Assembly: GCF_009914755.1 (NCBI RefSeq)
Contig: NC_060947.1
Strand: one strand, 5' to 3'
From: the human T2T-CHM13v2.0 reference genome, Homo sapiens
Length of the DNA stretch: 64,000 nt
Shown: piece after piece, positions 38,000 to 51,499 of the stretch
Numbering within the stretch: the first letter of the stretch is position 1
Layout: the number at the start of each line of letters is the position of its first letter
Notes under the pieces: generated by a model
Database searches by the model: none
Told to the model about the DNA's origin: nothing
Seen by the model: only the letters and a program-made list of their open reading frames with translations
Program-made: the position numbers and the translations under genes

Positions 38000-40900
38000 T
38001 ATAGACGTTTCAAACGAAGGCTACAAAGTGGTCAAAATATACACTTGCAGATTCTACTACAAGGGTGTTGCAAACCTGAACTATCAAAGGAAGGTTCAAC
38101 TCTGTGAGTTGAATACAAACATCGCAAAGAATGCTCTGAGTTTGCTTCCGTTCAGTTATGGGAAGTTGATCCCGTTCCCAACGAAATCCTCAGAGAGGTC
38201 CAAATATCCCCTTGCAGATTCTACAAAACGTGTGTTTGGAAACTGCTCCATCATAACGAATGTTCAGCTCTCTGAGTTAAACTCCATCGTCACAAAGAAT
38301 TTTCTGAGAGTGCTACCGTCTAGTTTTTATATGAAGTTCTTTCGTTTACTACCACAGGCCTCAAAGCAGTCCAAATCTCCACTTGCAGATTCTACAAAAA
38401 GAGTGTCTGCAAACTGCTCTATCAAAAGGAATGTTCAACTCTGGGAGTTGAATGCAATCATCACAGAGCAGTTTCTGAGAATGCTTCTATGTCGTTTTTA
38501 GGAGAAGATATTTCCTTTTCCAACACAGTCCTCCAAGCCCGCTAAATATCCACTTGCACATTGTAGAAAAAGTGTGTCAAAGCTGCGCTATCAAAGGGAA
38601 AGTTCAACTCTGTGAGGTGAATGCAAACATCCCAAAGAAGTTTCAGAGAATGCTTCCGTTTAGCTTTTAGGTGAAGATTATCCCGTTTCCAACGAAATCT
38701 TCAAAGAGGTCCAAATATCCCCTTGCGGATCCCACAGAAAGAGTGTTTCGAAACTGCTGTTTCAAAAGGAATCTTCAACTCTGTGAGTTGAATGCAATCA
38801 TCACAAAGAAGTTTCTGACAATGCTTCTCTCTCGTCTTTCTGTGAAGATAAAGGAAAAGGCTTTCAGGCCTTTTCCACCACAGGCCTGAAAGCGCTCCAA
38901 ATGTCCACTTGCAGATTCTGCCAAAAGAATATTTCAAAACTGCTCTATGAAAAGCAATGTTAAACTCTGCGGCTCGAACACAAACATCACAAAGCAGTTT
39001 CTGAGAATGCTTCAGTTTAGTTTTTCTGTGGAAATATTCCCGTTTCCAAAGAAATCTTCAAAGAGGTCCACGTATTCACTTACAGATTCTACAAAAAGAC
39101 AGTTTCAAAACTGCTCAATCAAAAGGAGGGTTCAACTGTGTGACTTGAATGCAATCATCACTCAGAAGTTTCTGAGAATGCTTCTCTTTAGTTTTTACGT
39201 GAACATATACCCGTTTCGAACGAAGGCCACCCAGTGGTCCAAATATCCACTTGCAGATTCTACAGAAAGAGTGTTTCGAACCTGAACTCTCAAAGGCAGG
39301 TTCATCTCTGCGAGTTAAATGCATTCGTCATGAAGAACTTTCTCAGCTTGTTTGTGTTTAGTTATGGGAAATTATTCCCGTTCCCAACGAATTCCTCAGA
39401 GAGGTCCAAATGTCCACCTGCAGATTCTACCAAAAGTGTATTTGGAAACTGCTCCATCAACAGGCATGTTCAGCTCTGTGAGTGAAACTCCATCATCACA
39501 AAGAATATTCTGAGAATGCTTCCGTTTGCCTTTTATATGAAGTTCCTTCCTATACGACCGTAGGCCTCAAAGCAGTCCAAATCTCCATTTGCAGATTCTA
39601 CAAAAAGAGTGATTCCAATCTGCTCTATCAATAGGATTGTTCAACTCCATGAGTTGAATGCCATCCTCACAAAGTCGTTTCTGAGAATGCTTCTATCTAG
39701 TTTTTATGTGAAGATATTTCCTTTTCCACCACAGGCCTCAAAGCCCTCCAAACGTCCACTTGCAGATTCTCGAAAAAGAGTGTTTCATAGCTGCTCTTTC
39801 AAAAGGAAAGTTCAACTCTGGGAGTTGAATACAAACATCACAAAGTAGTTTCCGAGAATGCTTCTGTTTAGTTCTTATGTGAAGATGATCCCATTTCCAG
39901 TGAAATCTTCAAAGAGGTCCACATATCCCCTTGCAGATTCCAAAGAAAGAGGGTTTCAAAACTGCTCCATCAAAAGGATTGTTCAACTCTGTGAGTTGAA
40001 TGCAGTCATCGCAGAAAACTTTCTGAGAATGCTTCTGTCTAGGTTTGATGTGAAGATATAGACGTTTCAAACGAAGGCTACAAAGTGGTCAAAATATACA
40101 CTTGCATATTCCACTACAAGGGTGTTGCAAACCTGAACTATCAAAGGAAGGTTCAACTCTGTGAGTTGAATCCAAACATCGCAAAGAATGCTCTGAGTTT
40201 GCTTCCGTTCAGTTATGGGAAGTTGATCCCGTTCCCAACGAAATCCTCAGAGAGGTCCAAATATCCCCTTGCAGATTCTACAAAACGTGTGTTTGGAAAC
40301 TGCTCCATCATAACGAATGTTCAGCTCTCTGAGTTAAACTCCATCGTCACAAAGAATTTTCTGAGAGTGCTACCATCTAGTTTTTATATGAAGTTCTTTC
40401 CTTTACTACCACAGGCCTCAAAGAGGTCCAAATCTCCACTTGCAGATTCTACAAAAAGAGTGTCTGCAAACTGCTCTATCAAAAGTAATGTTCAACTCTG
40501 GGAGTTGAATGCAATCATCACAGAGCAGTTTCTGAGAATGCTTCTATGTCGTTTTTAGGAGAAGATATTTCCTTTTCCAACAGAGTCCTCCAAGCCCGCT
40601 AAATATCCACTTGCACATTGTAGAAAAAGTGTGTCAAAGCTGCGTAATCAAAGGGAAAGTTCAACTCTGTGAGGTGAATACAAACATCCCAAAGAAGTTT
40701 CTGAGAATGCTTCCGTTTAGCTTTTAGGTGAAGATTATCCCGTTTCCAACGAAATCTTCAAAGAGGTCCAAATATCCCCTTGCGGATCCCACAGAAAGAG
40801 TGTTTCGAAACTGCTGTTTCAAAAGGAATCTTCAACTCTGTGAGTTGAATGCAATCATCACAAAGAAGTTTCTGACAATGCTTCTCTCTCGTCTTTCTGT

Positions 40901-43900
40901 GAAGATAAAGGAAAAGGCTTTCAGGCCTTTGCCACCACAGGCCTGAAAGCGCTCCAAATGTCCACTTGCAGATTCTGCCAAAAGAATATTTCAAAACTGC
41001 TCTATGAAAAGCAATGTTAAACTCTGCGGCTCGAACACAAACATCACAAAGCAGTTTCTGAGAATGCTTCAGTTTAGTTTTTCTGTGGAAATATTCCCGT
41101 TTCCAAAGAAATCTTCAAAGAGGTCCACGTATCCACTTACAGATTCTACAAAAAGACAGTTTCAAAACTGCTCAATCAAAAGGAGGGTTCAACTGTGTGA
41201 CTTGAATGCAATCATCACTCAGAAGTTTCTGAGAATGCTTCTCTTTAGTTTTTACGTGAACATATACCCGTTTCGAACGAAGGCCACCCAGTGGTCCAAA
41301 TATCCACTTGCAGATTCTACAGAAAGAGTGTTTCGAACCTGAACTCTCAAAGGCAGGTTCATCTCTGCGAGTTAAATGCATTCGTCATGAAGAACTTTCC
41401 CAGCGTGTTTGTGTTTAGTTATGGGAAATTATTCCCGTTCCCAACGAAATCCTCAGAGAGGTCCAAATGTCCATCTGCAGATTCTACCAAAAGTGTATTT
41501 GGAAACTGCTCCATCAACAGGCATGTTCAGCTCTGTGAGTGAAACTCCATCATCACAAAGAATATTCTGAGAATGCTTCCGTTTGCCTTTTATATGAAGT
41601 TCCTTCCTATACGACCGTAGGCCTCAAAGCAGTCCAAATCTCCATTTGCAGATTCTACAAAAAGAGTGATTCCAATCTGCTGTATCAATAGGATTGTTCA
41701 ACTCCATGAGTTGAATGCCATCCTCACAAAGTCGTTTCTGAGAATGCTTCTATCTAGTTTTTATGTGAAGATATTTCCTTTTCCACCACAGGCCTCAAAG
41801 CCCTCCAAACGTCCACTTGCAGATTCTCGAAAAAGAGTGTTTCATAGCTGCTCTTTCAAAAGGAAAGTTCAACTCTGGGAGTTGAATACAAACATCACAA
41901 AGTAGTTTCCGAGAATGTTTCTGATTAGTTCTTATGTGAAGATGATCCCGTTTCCAGTGAAATCTTCAAAGAAGTCCACATATCCCCTTGCAGATTCCAA
42001 AGAAAGAGGGTTTCAAAACTGCTCCATCAAAAGGATTGTTCAACTCTGTGAGTTGAATGCAGTCATCGCAGAAAACTTTCTGAGAATGCTTCTGTCTAGG
42101 TTTGATGTGAAGATATAGACGTTTCAAACGAAGGCTACAAAGTGGTCAAAATATACACTTGCAGATTCTACTACAAGGGTGTTGCAAACCTGAACTATCA
42201 AAGGAAGGTTCAACTCTGTGAGTTGAATACAAACATCGCAAAGAATGCTCTGAGTTTGCTTCCGTTCAGTTATGGGAAGTTGATCCCGTTCCCAACGAAA
42301 TCCTCAGAGAGGTCCAAATATCCCCTTGCAGATTCTACAAAACGTGTGTTTGGAAACTGCTCCATCATAACGAATGTTCAGCTCTCTGAGTTAAACTCCA
42401 TCGTCACAAAGAATTTTCTGAGAGTGCTACCGTCTAGTTTTTATATGAAGTTCTTTCCTTTACTACCACAGGCCTCAAAGCAGTCCAAATCTCCACTTGC
42501 AGATTCTACAAAAAGAGTGTCTGCAAACTGCTCTATCAAAAGGAATGTTCAACTCTGGGAGTTGAATGCAATCATCACAGAGCAGTTTCTGAGAATGCTT
42601 CTATGTCGTTTTTAGGAGAAGATATTTCCTTTTCCAACACAGTCCTCCAAGCCCGCTAAATATCCACTTGCACATTGTAGAAAAAGTGTGTCAAAGCTGC
42701 GCTATCAAAGGGAAAGTTCAACTCTGTGAGGTGAATGCAAACATCCCAAAGAAGTTTCGGAGAATGCTTCCGTTTAGCTTTTAGGTGAAGATTATCCCGT
42801 TTCCAACGAAACCTTCAAAGAGGTCCAAATATCCCCTTGCGGATCCCACAGAAAGAGTGTTTCGAAACTGCTGTTTCAAAAGGAATCTTCAACTCTGTGA
42901 GTTGAATGCAATCATCACAAAGAAGTTTCTGACAATGCTTCTCTCTCGTCTTTCTGTGAAGATAAAGGAAAAGGCTTTCAGGCCTTTTCCACCACAGGCC
43001 TGAAAGCGCTCCAAATGTCCACTTGCAGATTCTGCCAAAAGAATATTTCAAAACTGCTCTATGAAAAGCAATGTTAAACTCTGCGGCTCGAACACAAACA
43101 TCACAAAGCAGTTTCTGAGAATGCTTCAGTTTAGTTTTTCTGTGGAAATATTCCCGTTTCCAAAGAAATCTTCAAAGAGGTCCACGTATTCACTTACAGA
43201 TTCTACAAAAAGACAGTTTCAAAACTGCTCAATCAAAAGGAGGGTTCAACTGTGTGACTTGAATGCAATCATCACTCAGAAGTTTCTGAGAATGCTTCTC
43301 TTTAGTTTTTACGTGAACATATACCCGTTTCGAACGAAGGCCACCCAGTGGTCCAAATATCCACTTGCAGATTCTACAGAAAGAGTGTTTCGAACCTGAA
43401 CTCTCAAAGGCAGGTTCATCTCTGCGAGTTAAATGCATTCGTCATGAAGAACTTTCTCAGCTTGTTTGTGTTTAGTTATGGGAAATTATTCCCGTTCCCA
43501 ACGAATTCCTCAGAGAGGTCCAAATGTCCACCTGCAGATTCTACCAAAAGTGTATTTGGAAACTGCTCCATCAACAGGCATGTTCAGCTCTGTGAGTGAA
43601 ACTCCATCATCACAAAGAATATTCTGAGAATGCTTCCGTTTGCCTTTTATATGAAGTTCCTTCCTATACGACCGTAGGCCTCAAAGCAGTCCAAATCTCC
43701 ATTTGCAGATTCTACAAAAAGAGTGATTCCAATCTGCTCTATCAATAGGATTGTTCAACTCCATGAGTTGAATGCCATCCTCACAAAGTCGTTTCTGAGA
43801 ATGCTTCTATCTAGTTTTTATGTGAAGATATTTCCTTTTCCACCACAGGCCTCAAAGCCCTCCAAACGTCCACTTGCAGATTCTCGAAAAAGAGTGTTTC

Positions 43901-46200
43901 ATAGCTGCTCTTTCAAAAGGAAAGTTCAACTCTGGGAGTTGAATACAAACATCACAAAGTAGTTTCCGAGAATGCTTCTGTTTAGTTCTTATGTGAAGAT
44001 GATCCCATTTCCAGTGAAATCTTCAAAGACGTCCACATATCCCCTTGCAGATTCCAAAGAAAGAGGTTTCAAAACTGCTCCATCAAAAGGATTGTTCAAC
44101 TCTGTGAGTTGAATGCAGTCATCGCAGAAAACTTTCTGAGAATGCTTCTGTCTAGGTTTGATGTGAAGATATAGACGTTTCAAACGAAGGCTACAAAGTG
44201 GTCAAAATATACACTTGCATATTCTACTACAAGGGTGTTGCAAACCTCAACTATCAAAGGAAGGTTCAACTCTGTGAGTTGAATCCAAACATCGCAAAGA
44301 ATGCTCTGAGTTTGCTTCCGTTCAGTTATGGGAAGTTGATCCCGTTCCCAACGAAATCCTCAGAGAGGTCCAAATATCCCCTTGCAGATTCTACAAAACG
44401 TGTGTTTGGAAACTGCTCCATCATAACGAATGTTCAGCTCTCTGAGTTAAACTCCATCGTCACAAAGAATTTTCTGAGAGTGCTACCATCTAGTTTTTAT
44501 ATGAAGTTCTTTCCTTTACTACCACAGGCCTCAAAGAGGTCCAAATCTCCACTTGCAGATTCTACAAAAAGAGTGTCTGCAAACTGCTCTATCAAAAGTA
44601 ATGTTCAACTCTGGGAGTTGAATGCAATCATCACAGAGCAGTTTCTGAGAATGCTTCTATGTCGTTTTTAGGAGAAGATATTTCCTTTTCCAACAGAGTC
44701 CTCCAAGCCCGCTAAATATCCACTTGCACATTGTAGAAAAAGTGTGTCAAAGCTGCGTAATCAAAGGGAAAGTTCAACTCTGTGAGGTGAATACAAACAT
44801 CCCAAAGGAGTTTCTGAGAATGCTTCCGTTTAGCTTTTAGGTGAAGATTATCCCGTTTCCAACGAAATCTTCAAAGAGGTCCAAATATCCCCTTGCGGAT
44901 CCCACAGAAAGAGTGTTTCGAAACTGCTGTTTCAAAAGGAATCTTCAACTCTGTGAGTTGAATGCAATCATCACAAAGAAGTTTCTGACAATGCTTCTCT
45001 CTCGTCTTTCTGTGAAGATAAAGGAAAAGGCTTTCAGGCCTTTTCCACCACAGGCCTGAAAGCGCTCCAAATGTCCACTTGCAGATTCTGCCAAAAGAAT
45101 ATTTCAAAACTGCTCTATGAAAAGCAATGTTAAACTCTGCGGCTCGAACACAAACATCACAAAGCAGTTTCTGAGAATGCTTCAGTTTAGTTTTTCTGTG
45201 GAAATATTCCCGTTTCCAAAGAAATCTTCAAAGAGGTCCACGTATCCACTTACAGATTCTACAAAAAGACAGTTTCAAAACTGCTCAATCAAAAGGAGGG
45301 TTCAACTGTGTGACTTGAATGCAATCATCACTCAGAAGTTTCTGAGAATGCTTCTCTTTAGTTTTTACGTGAACATATACCCGTTTCGAACGAAGGCCAC
45401 CCAGTGGTCCAAATATCCACTTGCAGATTCTACAGAAAGAGTGTTTCGAACCTGAACTCTCAAAGGCAGGTTCATCTCTGCGAGTTAAATGCATTCGTCA
45501 TGAAGAACTTTCCCAGCGTGTTTGTGTTTAGTTATGGGAAATTATTCCCGTTCCCAACGAAATCCTCAGAGAGGTCCAAATGTCCATCTGCAGATTCTAC
45601 CAAAAGTGTATTTGGAAACTGCTCCATCAACAGGCATGTTCAGCTCTGTGAGTGAAACTCCATCATCACAAAGAATATTCTGAGAATGCTTCCGTTTGCC
45701 TTTTATATGAAGTTCCTTCCTATACGACCGTAGGCCTCAAAGCAGTCCAAATCTCCATTTGCAGATTCTACAAAAAGAGTGATTCCAATCTGCTGTATCA
45801 ATAGGATTGTTCAACTCCATGAGTTGAATGCCATCCTCACAAAGTCGTTTCTGAGAATGCTTCTATCTAGTTTTTATGTGAAGATATTTCCTTTTCCACC
45901 ACAGGCCTCAAAGCCCTCCAAACGTCCACTTGCAGATTCTCGAAAAAGAGTGTTTCATAGCTGCTCTTTCAAAAGGAAAGTTCAACTCTGGGAGTTGAAT
46001 ACAAACATCACAAAGTAGTTTCCGAGAATGTTTCTGTTTAGTTCTTATGTGAAGATGATCCCGTTTCCAGTGAAATCTTCAAAGAAGTCCACATATCCCC
46101 TTGCAGATTCCAAAGAAAGAGGGTTTCAAAACTGCTCCATCAAAAGGATTGTTCAACTCTGTGAGTTGAATGCAGTCATCGCAGAAAACTTTCTGAGAAT
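38000..46200 (-). repeat. Tandem duplication of a 2-HOR unit (period 4113-4114 bp; boundaries approximate)
   Basis: Private variants recur at +4114/4113: cgtatTcac 39076/43190, new EcoRI GAATTC 39389/43503, cccAtttcc ~39893/44007, ctttcCcagc 41400/45513, aagaAgtcc ~41973/46086. Confidence 0.85.
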
Positions 46201-49200
46201 GCTTCTGTCTAGGTTTGATGTGAAGATAGAGACGTTTCAAACGAAGGCTACAAGTGGTCAAAATATGCACTTGCAGATTCTACTACAAGGGTGTTGCAAA
46301 CCTGAACTATCAAAGGAAGGTTCAACTCTGTGGGTTGAATACAAACATCGCAAAGAATGTTCTGAGTTTGCTTCCGTTCAGTTATGGGAAGTTGATCCCG
46401 TTCCCAACGAAATCCTCAGAGAGGTCCAAATATCCCCTTGCAGATTCTACAAAACGTGTGTTTGGAAACTGCTCCATCATAACGAATGTTCAGCTCCCTG
46501 AGTTAAACTCCATCGTCACAAAGAATTTTCTGAGAGTGCTACCGTCTAGTTTTTATATGAAGTTCTTTCCTTTACTACCACAGGCCTCAAAGCGGTCCAA
46601 ATCTCCACGTGCAGATTCTACAAAAAGAGTGTCTGCAAACTGCTCTATCAAAAGGAATGTTCAACTCTGGGAGTTGAATGCAATCATCACAGAGCAGTTT
46701 CTGAGAATGCTTCTATGTCGTTTTTAGGAGAAGATATTTCCTTTTCCAACACAGTCCTCCAAGCCCGCTAAATATCCACTTGCACATTGTAGAAAAAGTG
46801 TGTCAAAGCTGCGCTATCAAAGGGAAAGTTCAACTCTGTGAGGTGAATGCAAATATCCCAAAGAAGTTTCTGAGAATGCTTCCGTTTAGCTTTTAGGTGA
46901 AGATTATCCCGTTTCCAACGAAACCTTCAAAGAGGTCCAAATATCCCCTTGCGGATCCCACAGAAAGAGTGTTTCGAAACTGCTGTTTCAAAAGGAATCT
47001 TCAACTCTGTGAGTTGAATGCAATCATCACAAAGAAGTTTCTGACAATGCTTCTCTCTCGTCTTTCTGTGAAGATAAAGGAAAAGGCTTTCAGGCCTTTG
47101 CCACCACAGGCCTGAAAGCGCTCCAAATGTCCACTTGCAGATTCTGCCAAAAGAATATTTCAAAACTGCTCTATGAAAAGCAATGTTAAACTCTGCGGCT
47201 CGAACACAAACATCACAAAGCGGTCTCTGAGAATGCTTCAGTTTAGTTTTTCTGTGGAAATATTCCCGTTTCCAAAGAAATCTTCAAAGAGGTCCACGTA
47301 TCCACTTACAGATTCTACAAAAAGACAGTTTCAAAACTGCTCAATCAAAAGGAGGGTTCAACTGTGTGACTTGAATGCAATCATCACTCAGAAGTTTCTG
47401 AGAATGCTTCTCTTTAGTTTTTACGTGAACATATACCCGTTTCGAACGAAGGTCACCCAGTGGTCCAAATATCCACTTGCAGATTCTACAGAAAGAGTGT
47501 TTCGAACCTGAACTCTCAAAGGCAGGTTCATCTCTGCGAGTTAAATGCATTCGTCATGAAGAACTTTCTCAGCGTGTTTGTGTTTAGTTATGGGAAATTA
47601 TTCCCGTTCCCAACGAAATCCTCAGAGAGGTCCAAATGTCCACCTGCAGATTCTACCAAAAGTGTATTTGGAAACTGCTCCATCAACAGGCATGTTCAGC
47701 TCTGTGAGTGAAACTCCATCATCACAAAGAATATTCTGAGAATGCTTCCGTTTGCCTTTTATATGAAGTTCCTTCCTATACTACCGTAGGCCTCAAAGCA
47801 GTCCAAATCTCCATTTGCAGATTCTACAAAAAGAGTGATTCCAATCTGCTCTATCAATAGGATTGTTCAACTCCATGAGTTGAATGCCATCCTCACAAAG
47901 TCGTTTCTGAGAATGCTTCTATCTAGTTTTTATGTGAAGATATTTCCTTTTCCACCACAGGCCTCAAAGCCCTCCAAACGTCCACTTGCAGACTCTCGAA
48001 AAAGAGTGTTTCATAGCTGCTCTTTCAAAAGGAAAGTTCAACTCTGGGAGTTGAATACAAACATCACAAAGTAGTTTCCGAGAATGCTTCTGTTTAGTTT
48101 TTATGTGAAGATGATCCCGTTTCCAGTGAAATCTTCAAAGAGGTCCACATATCCCCTTGCAGATTCCAAAGAAAGAGGGTTTCAAAACTGCTCCATCAAA
48201 AGGATTGTTCAACTCTGTGAGTTGAATGCAGTCATCGCAGAAAACTTTCTGAGAATGCTTCTGTCTAGGTTTAATGTGAAGATATAGACCTTTCAAACGA
48301 AGGCTACAAAGTGGTCAAAATATACACTTGCAGATTGTACTACAAGGGTGTTGCAAACCTGAACTGTCAAAGGAAGGTTCAACTCTGTGAGTTGAATACA
48401 AACATCACAAAGAATGTTCTGAGTTTGCTTCCGTTCAGTTATGGGAAGTTGATCCCGTTCCCAACGAAATCCTCAGAGAGGTCTAAATATCCCCTTGCAG
48501 ATTCTACAAAACGTGTGTTTGGAAACTGCTCCATCATAACGAATGTTCAGCTCTCTGAGTTAAACTCCATCGTCACAAAGAATTTTCTGAGAGTGCTACC
48601 GTCTAGTTTTTATATGAAGTTCTTTCCTTTACTACCACAGGCCTCAAAGCGGTCCAAATCTCCACTTGCAGATTCTACAAAGAGAGTGTCTGCAAACTGC
48701 TCTACCAAAAGGAATGCTCAACTCTGGGAATTGAATGCAATCATCATAGAGCAGTTTCTGAGAATGCTTCTATGTCGTTTTTAGGAGAAGATATTTCCTT
48801 TTCCAACACAGTCCTCCAAGCCCGCTAAATATCCACTTGCACATTGTAGAAAAAGTGTGTCGAAGCTGCGCTATCAAAGGGAAAGTTCAACTCTGTGAGG
48901 TGAATGCAAACATCCCAAAGAAGTTTCTGAGAATGCTTCCGTTTAGCTTTTAGGTGAAGATTATCCCGTTTCCAACGAAATCTTCAAAGAGGTCCAAATA
49001 TCCCCTTGCGGATCCCACAGAAAGAGTGTTTCGAAACTGCTGTTTCAAAAGGAATCTTCAACTCTGTGAGTTGAATGCAATCATCACAAAGAAGTTTCTG
49101 ACAATGCTTCTCTATCGTTTTTCTGTGAAGATAAAGAAAAGCTTTCAGGCGTTTTCCACCACAGGCCTGAAAGCGCTCCAAATGTCCACTTGCAGATTCT

Positions 49201-51499
49201 CCCAAAAGAATATTTCAAAACTGCTCTATGAAAAGCAATGTTAAACTCTGCGGCTCGAACACAAACATCACAAAGCAGTTTCTGAGAATGCTTCAGTTTA
49301 GTTTTTCTGTGGAAATATTCCCGTTTCCAAAGAAATCTTCAAAGAGGTCCACGTATCCACTTACAGATTCTACAAAAAGACAGTTTCAAAACTGCTCAAT
49401 CAAAAGGAGGGTTCAACTGTGTGACTTGAATGCAATCATCACTCAGAAGTTTCTGAGAATGCTTCTCTTCAGTTTTTACGTGAACATATACCCGTTTCGA
49501 ACGAAGGCCACCCAGTGGTCCAAATATCCACTTGCAGATTCTACAGAAAGAGTGTTTCGAACCTGAACTCTCAAAGGCAGGTTCATCTCTGCGAGTTAAA
49601 TGCATTCATCATGAAGAACTTTTTCAGCGTGTTTGTGTTTAGTTATGGGAAATTATTCCCGTTCCCAACGAAATCCTCAGAGAGGTCCAAATGTCCACCT
49701 GCAGATTCTACCAAAAGTGTATTTGGAAACTGCTCCATCAACAGGCATGTTCAGCTCCGTGAGTGAAACTCCATCATCACAAAGAATATTCTGAGAATGC
49801 TTCCGTTTGCCTTTTATATGAAGTTCCTTCCTATACGACCGTAGGCCTCAAAGCAGTCCAAATCTCCATTTGCAGATTCTACAAAAAGAGTGATTCCAAT
49901 CTGCTCTATCAATAGGATTTTTCAACTCCATGAGTTGAATGCCATCCTCACAAAGTCGTTTCTGAGAATGCTTCTATCTAGTTTTTATGTGAAGATATTT
50001 CCTTTTCCACCACAGGCCTCAAAGCCCTCCAAACGTCCACTTGCAGATTCTCGAAAAAGAGTGTTTCATAGCTGCTCTTTCAAAAGGAAAGTTCAACTCT
50101 GGGAGTTGAATACAAACATCACAAAGTAGTTTCCGAGAATGCTTCTGTTTAGTTTTTATGTGAAGATGATCCCGTTTCCAGTGAAATTTTCAAAGAGGTC
50201 CACATATCCCCTTGCAGATTCCAAAGAAAGAGGGTTTCAAAACTGCTCCATCAAAAGGATTGTTCAACTCTGTGAGTTGAATGCAGTCATCGCAGAAAAC
50301 TTTCTGAGAATGCTTCTGTCTAGGTTTGATGTGAAGATATAGACGTTTCAAACGAAGGCTACAAAGTGGTCAAAATATACACTTGCAGATTGTACTACAA
50401 GGGTGTTGCAAACCTGAACTATCAAAGGAAGGTTCAACTCTGTGGGTTGAATACAAACATCGCAAAGAATGTTCTGAGTTTGCTTCCGTTCAGTTATGTG
50501 AAGTTGATCCCGTTTCCAACGAAATCCTCAGAGAGGTCCAAATATCCCCTTGCAGATTCTACAAAACGTGTGTTTGGAAACTGCTCCATCATAACGAATG
50601 TTCAGCTCTCTGAGTTAAACTCCATCGTCACAAAGGATTTTCTGAGAGTGCTACCGTCTAGTTTTTATATGAAGTTCTTTCCTTTACTACCACAGGCCTC
50701 AAAGCGGTCCAAATCTCCACTTGCAGATTCTACAAAAAGAGTGTCTGCAAACTGCTCTATCAAAAGGAATGTTCAACTCTGGGAGTTGAATGCAATCATC
50801 ACAGAGCAGTTTCTGAGAAGGCTTCTATGAAGTTTTTAGGAAAAGATATTTCCTTTTCCAACACAGTCCTCCAAGCCCGCTAAATATCCACTTGCACATT
50901 GTAGAAAAAGTGTGCCAAATCTGCGCTATCAAAAGGAAAGTTCAACTCTGTGAGGTGAATGCAAACATCCCAAAGAAGTTTCTGAGAATGCTTCCGTTTA
51001 GCTTTTAGGTGAAGATTATCCCGTTTGCAACGAAATCTTCAAAGAGGTCCAAATATCCTCTTGCGGATCCCACAGAAAGAGTGTTTCGAAACTGCTGTTT
51101 CAAAAGGAATCTTCAACTCTGTGAGTTGAATGCAATCATCACAAAGAAGTTTCTGACAATGCTTCTCTCTCGCCTTTCTGTGAAGATAAAGGAAAAGGCT
51201 TTCAGGCGTTTTCCACCACAGGCCTGAAAGCGCTCCAAATGTCCACTTGCAGATTCTGCCAAAAGAATATTTCAAAACTGCTCTATGAAAAGCAATGTTA
51301 AACTCTGCGGCTCGAACACAAACATCACAAAGCAGTTTCTGAGAATGCTTCAGTTTAGTTTTTCTGTGGAAATATTCCCGTTTCCAAAGAAATCTTCAAA
51401 GAGGTCCACGTATCCACTTACAGATTCTACAAAAAGACAGTTTCAAAACTGCTCAATCAAAAGGAGGGTTCAACTGTGTGACTTGAATGCAATCATCAC

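Noticed and set aside
46028-46501. Unique 157-aa fusion ORF
   Set aside because: Created by one substitution removing a TAG (~46229) plus a 1-bp deletion (~46253) in a single HOR. There is no evidence of function.
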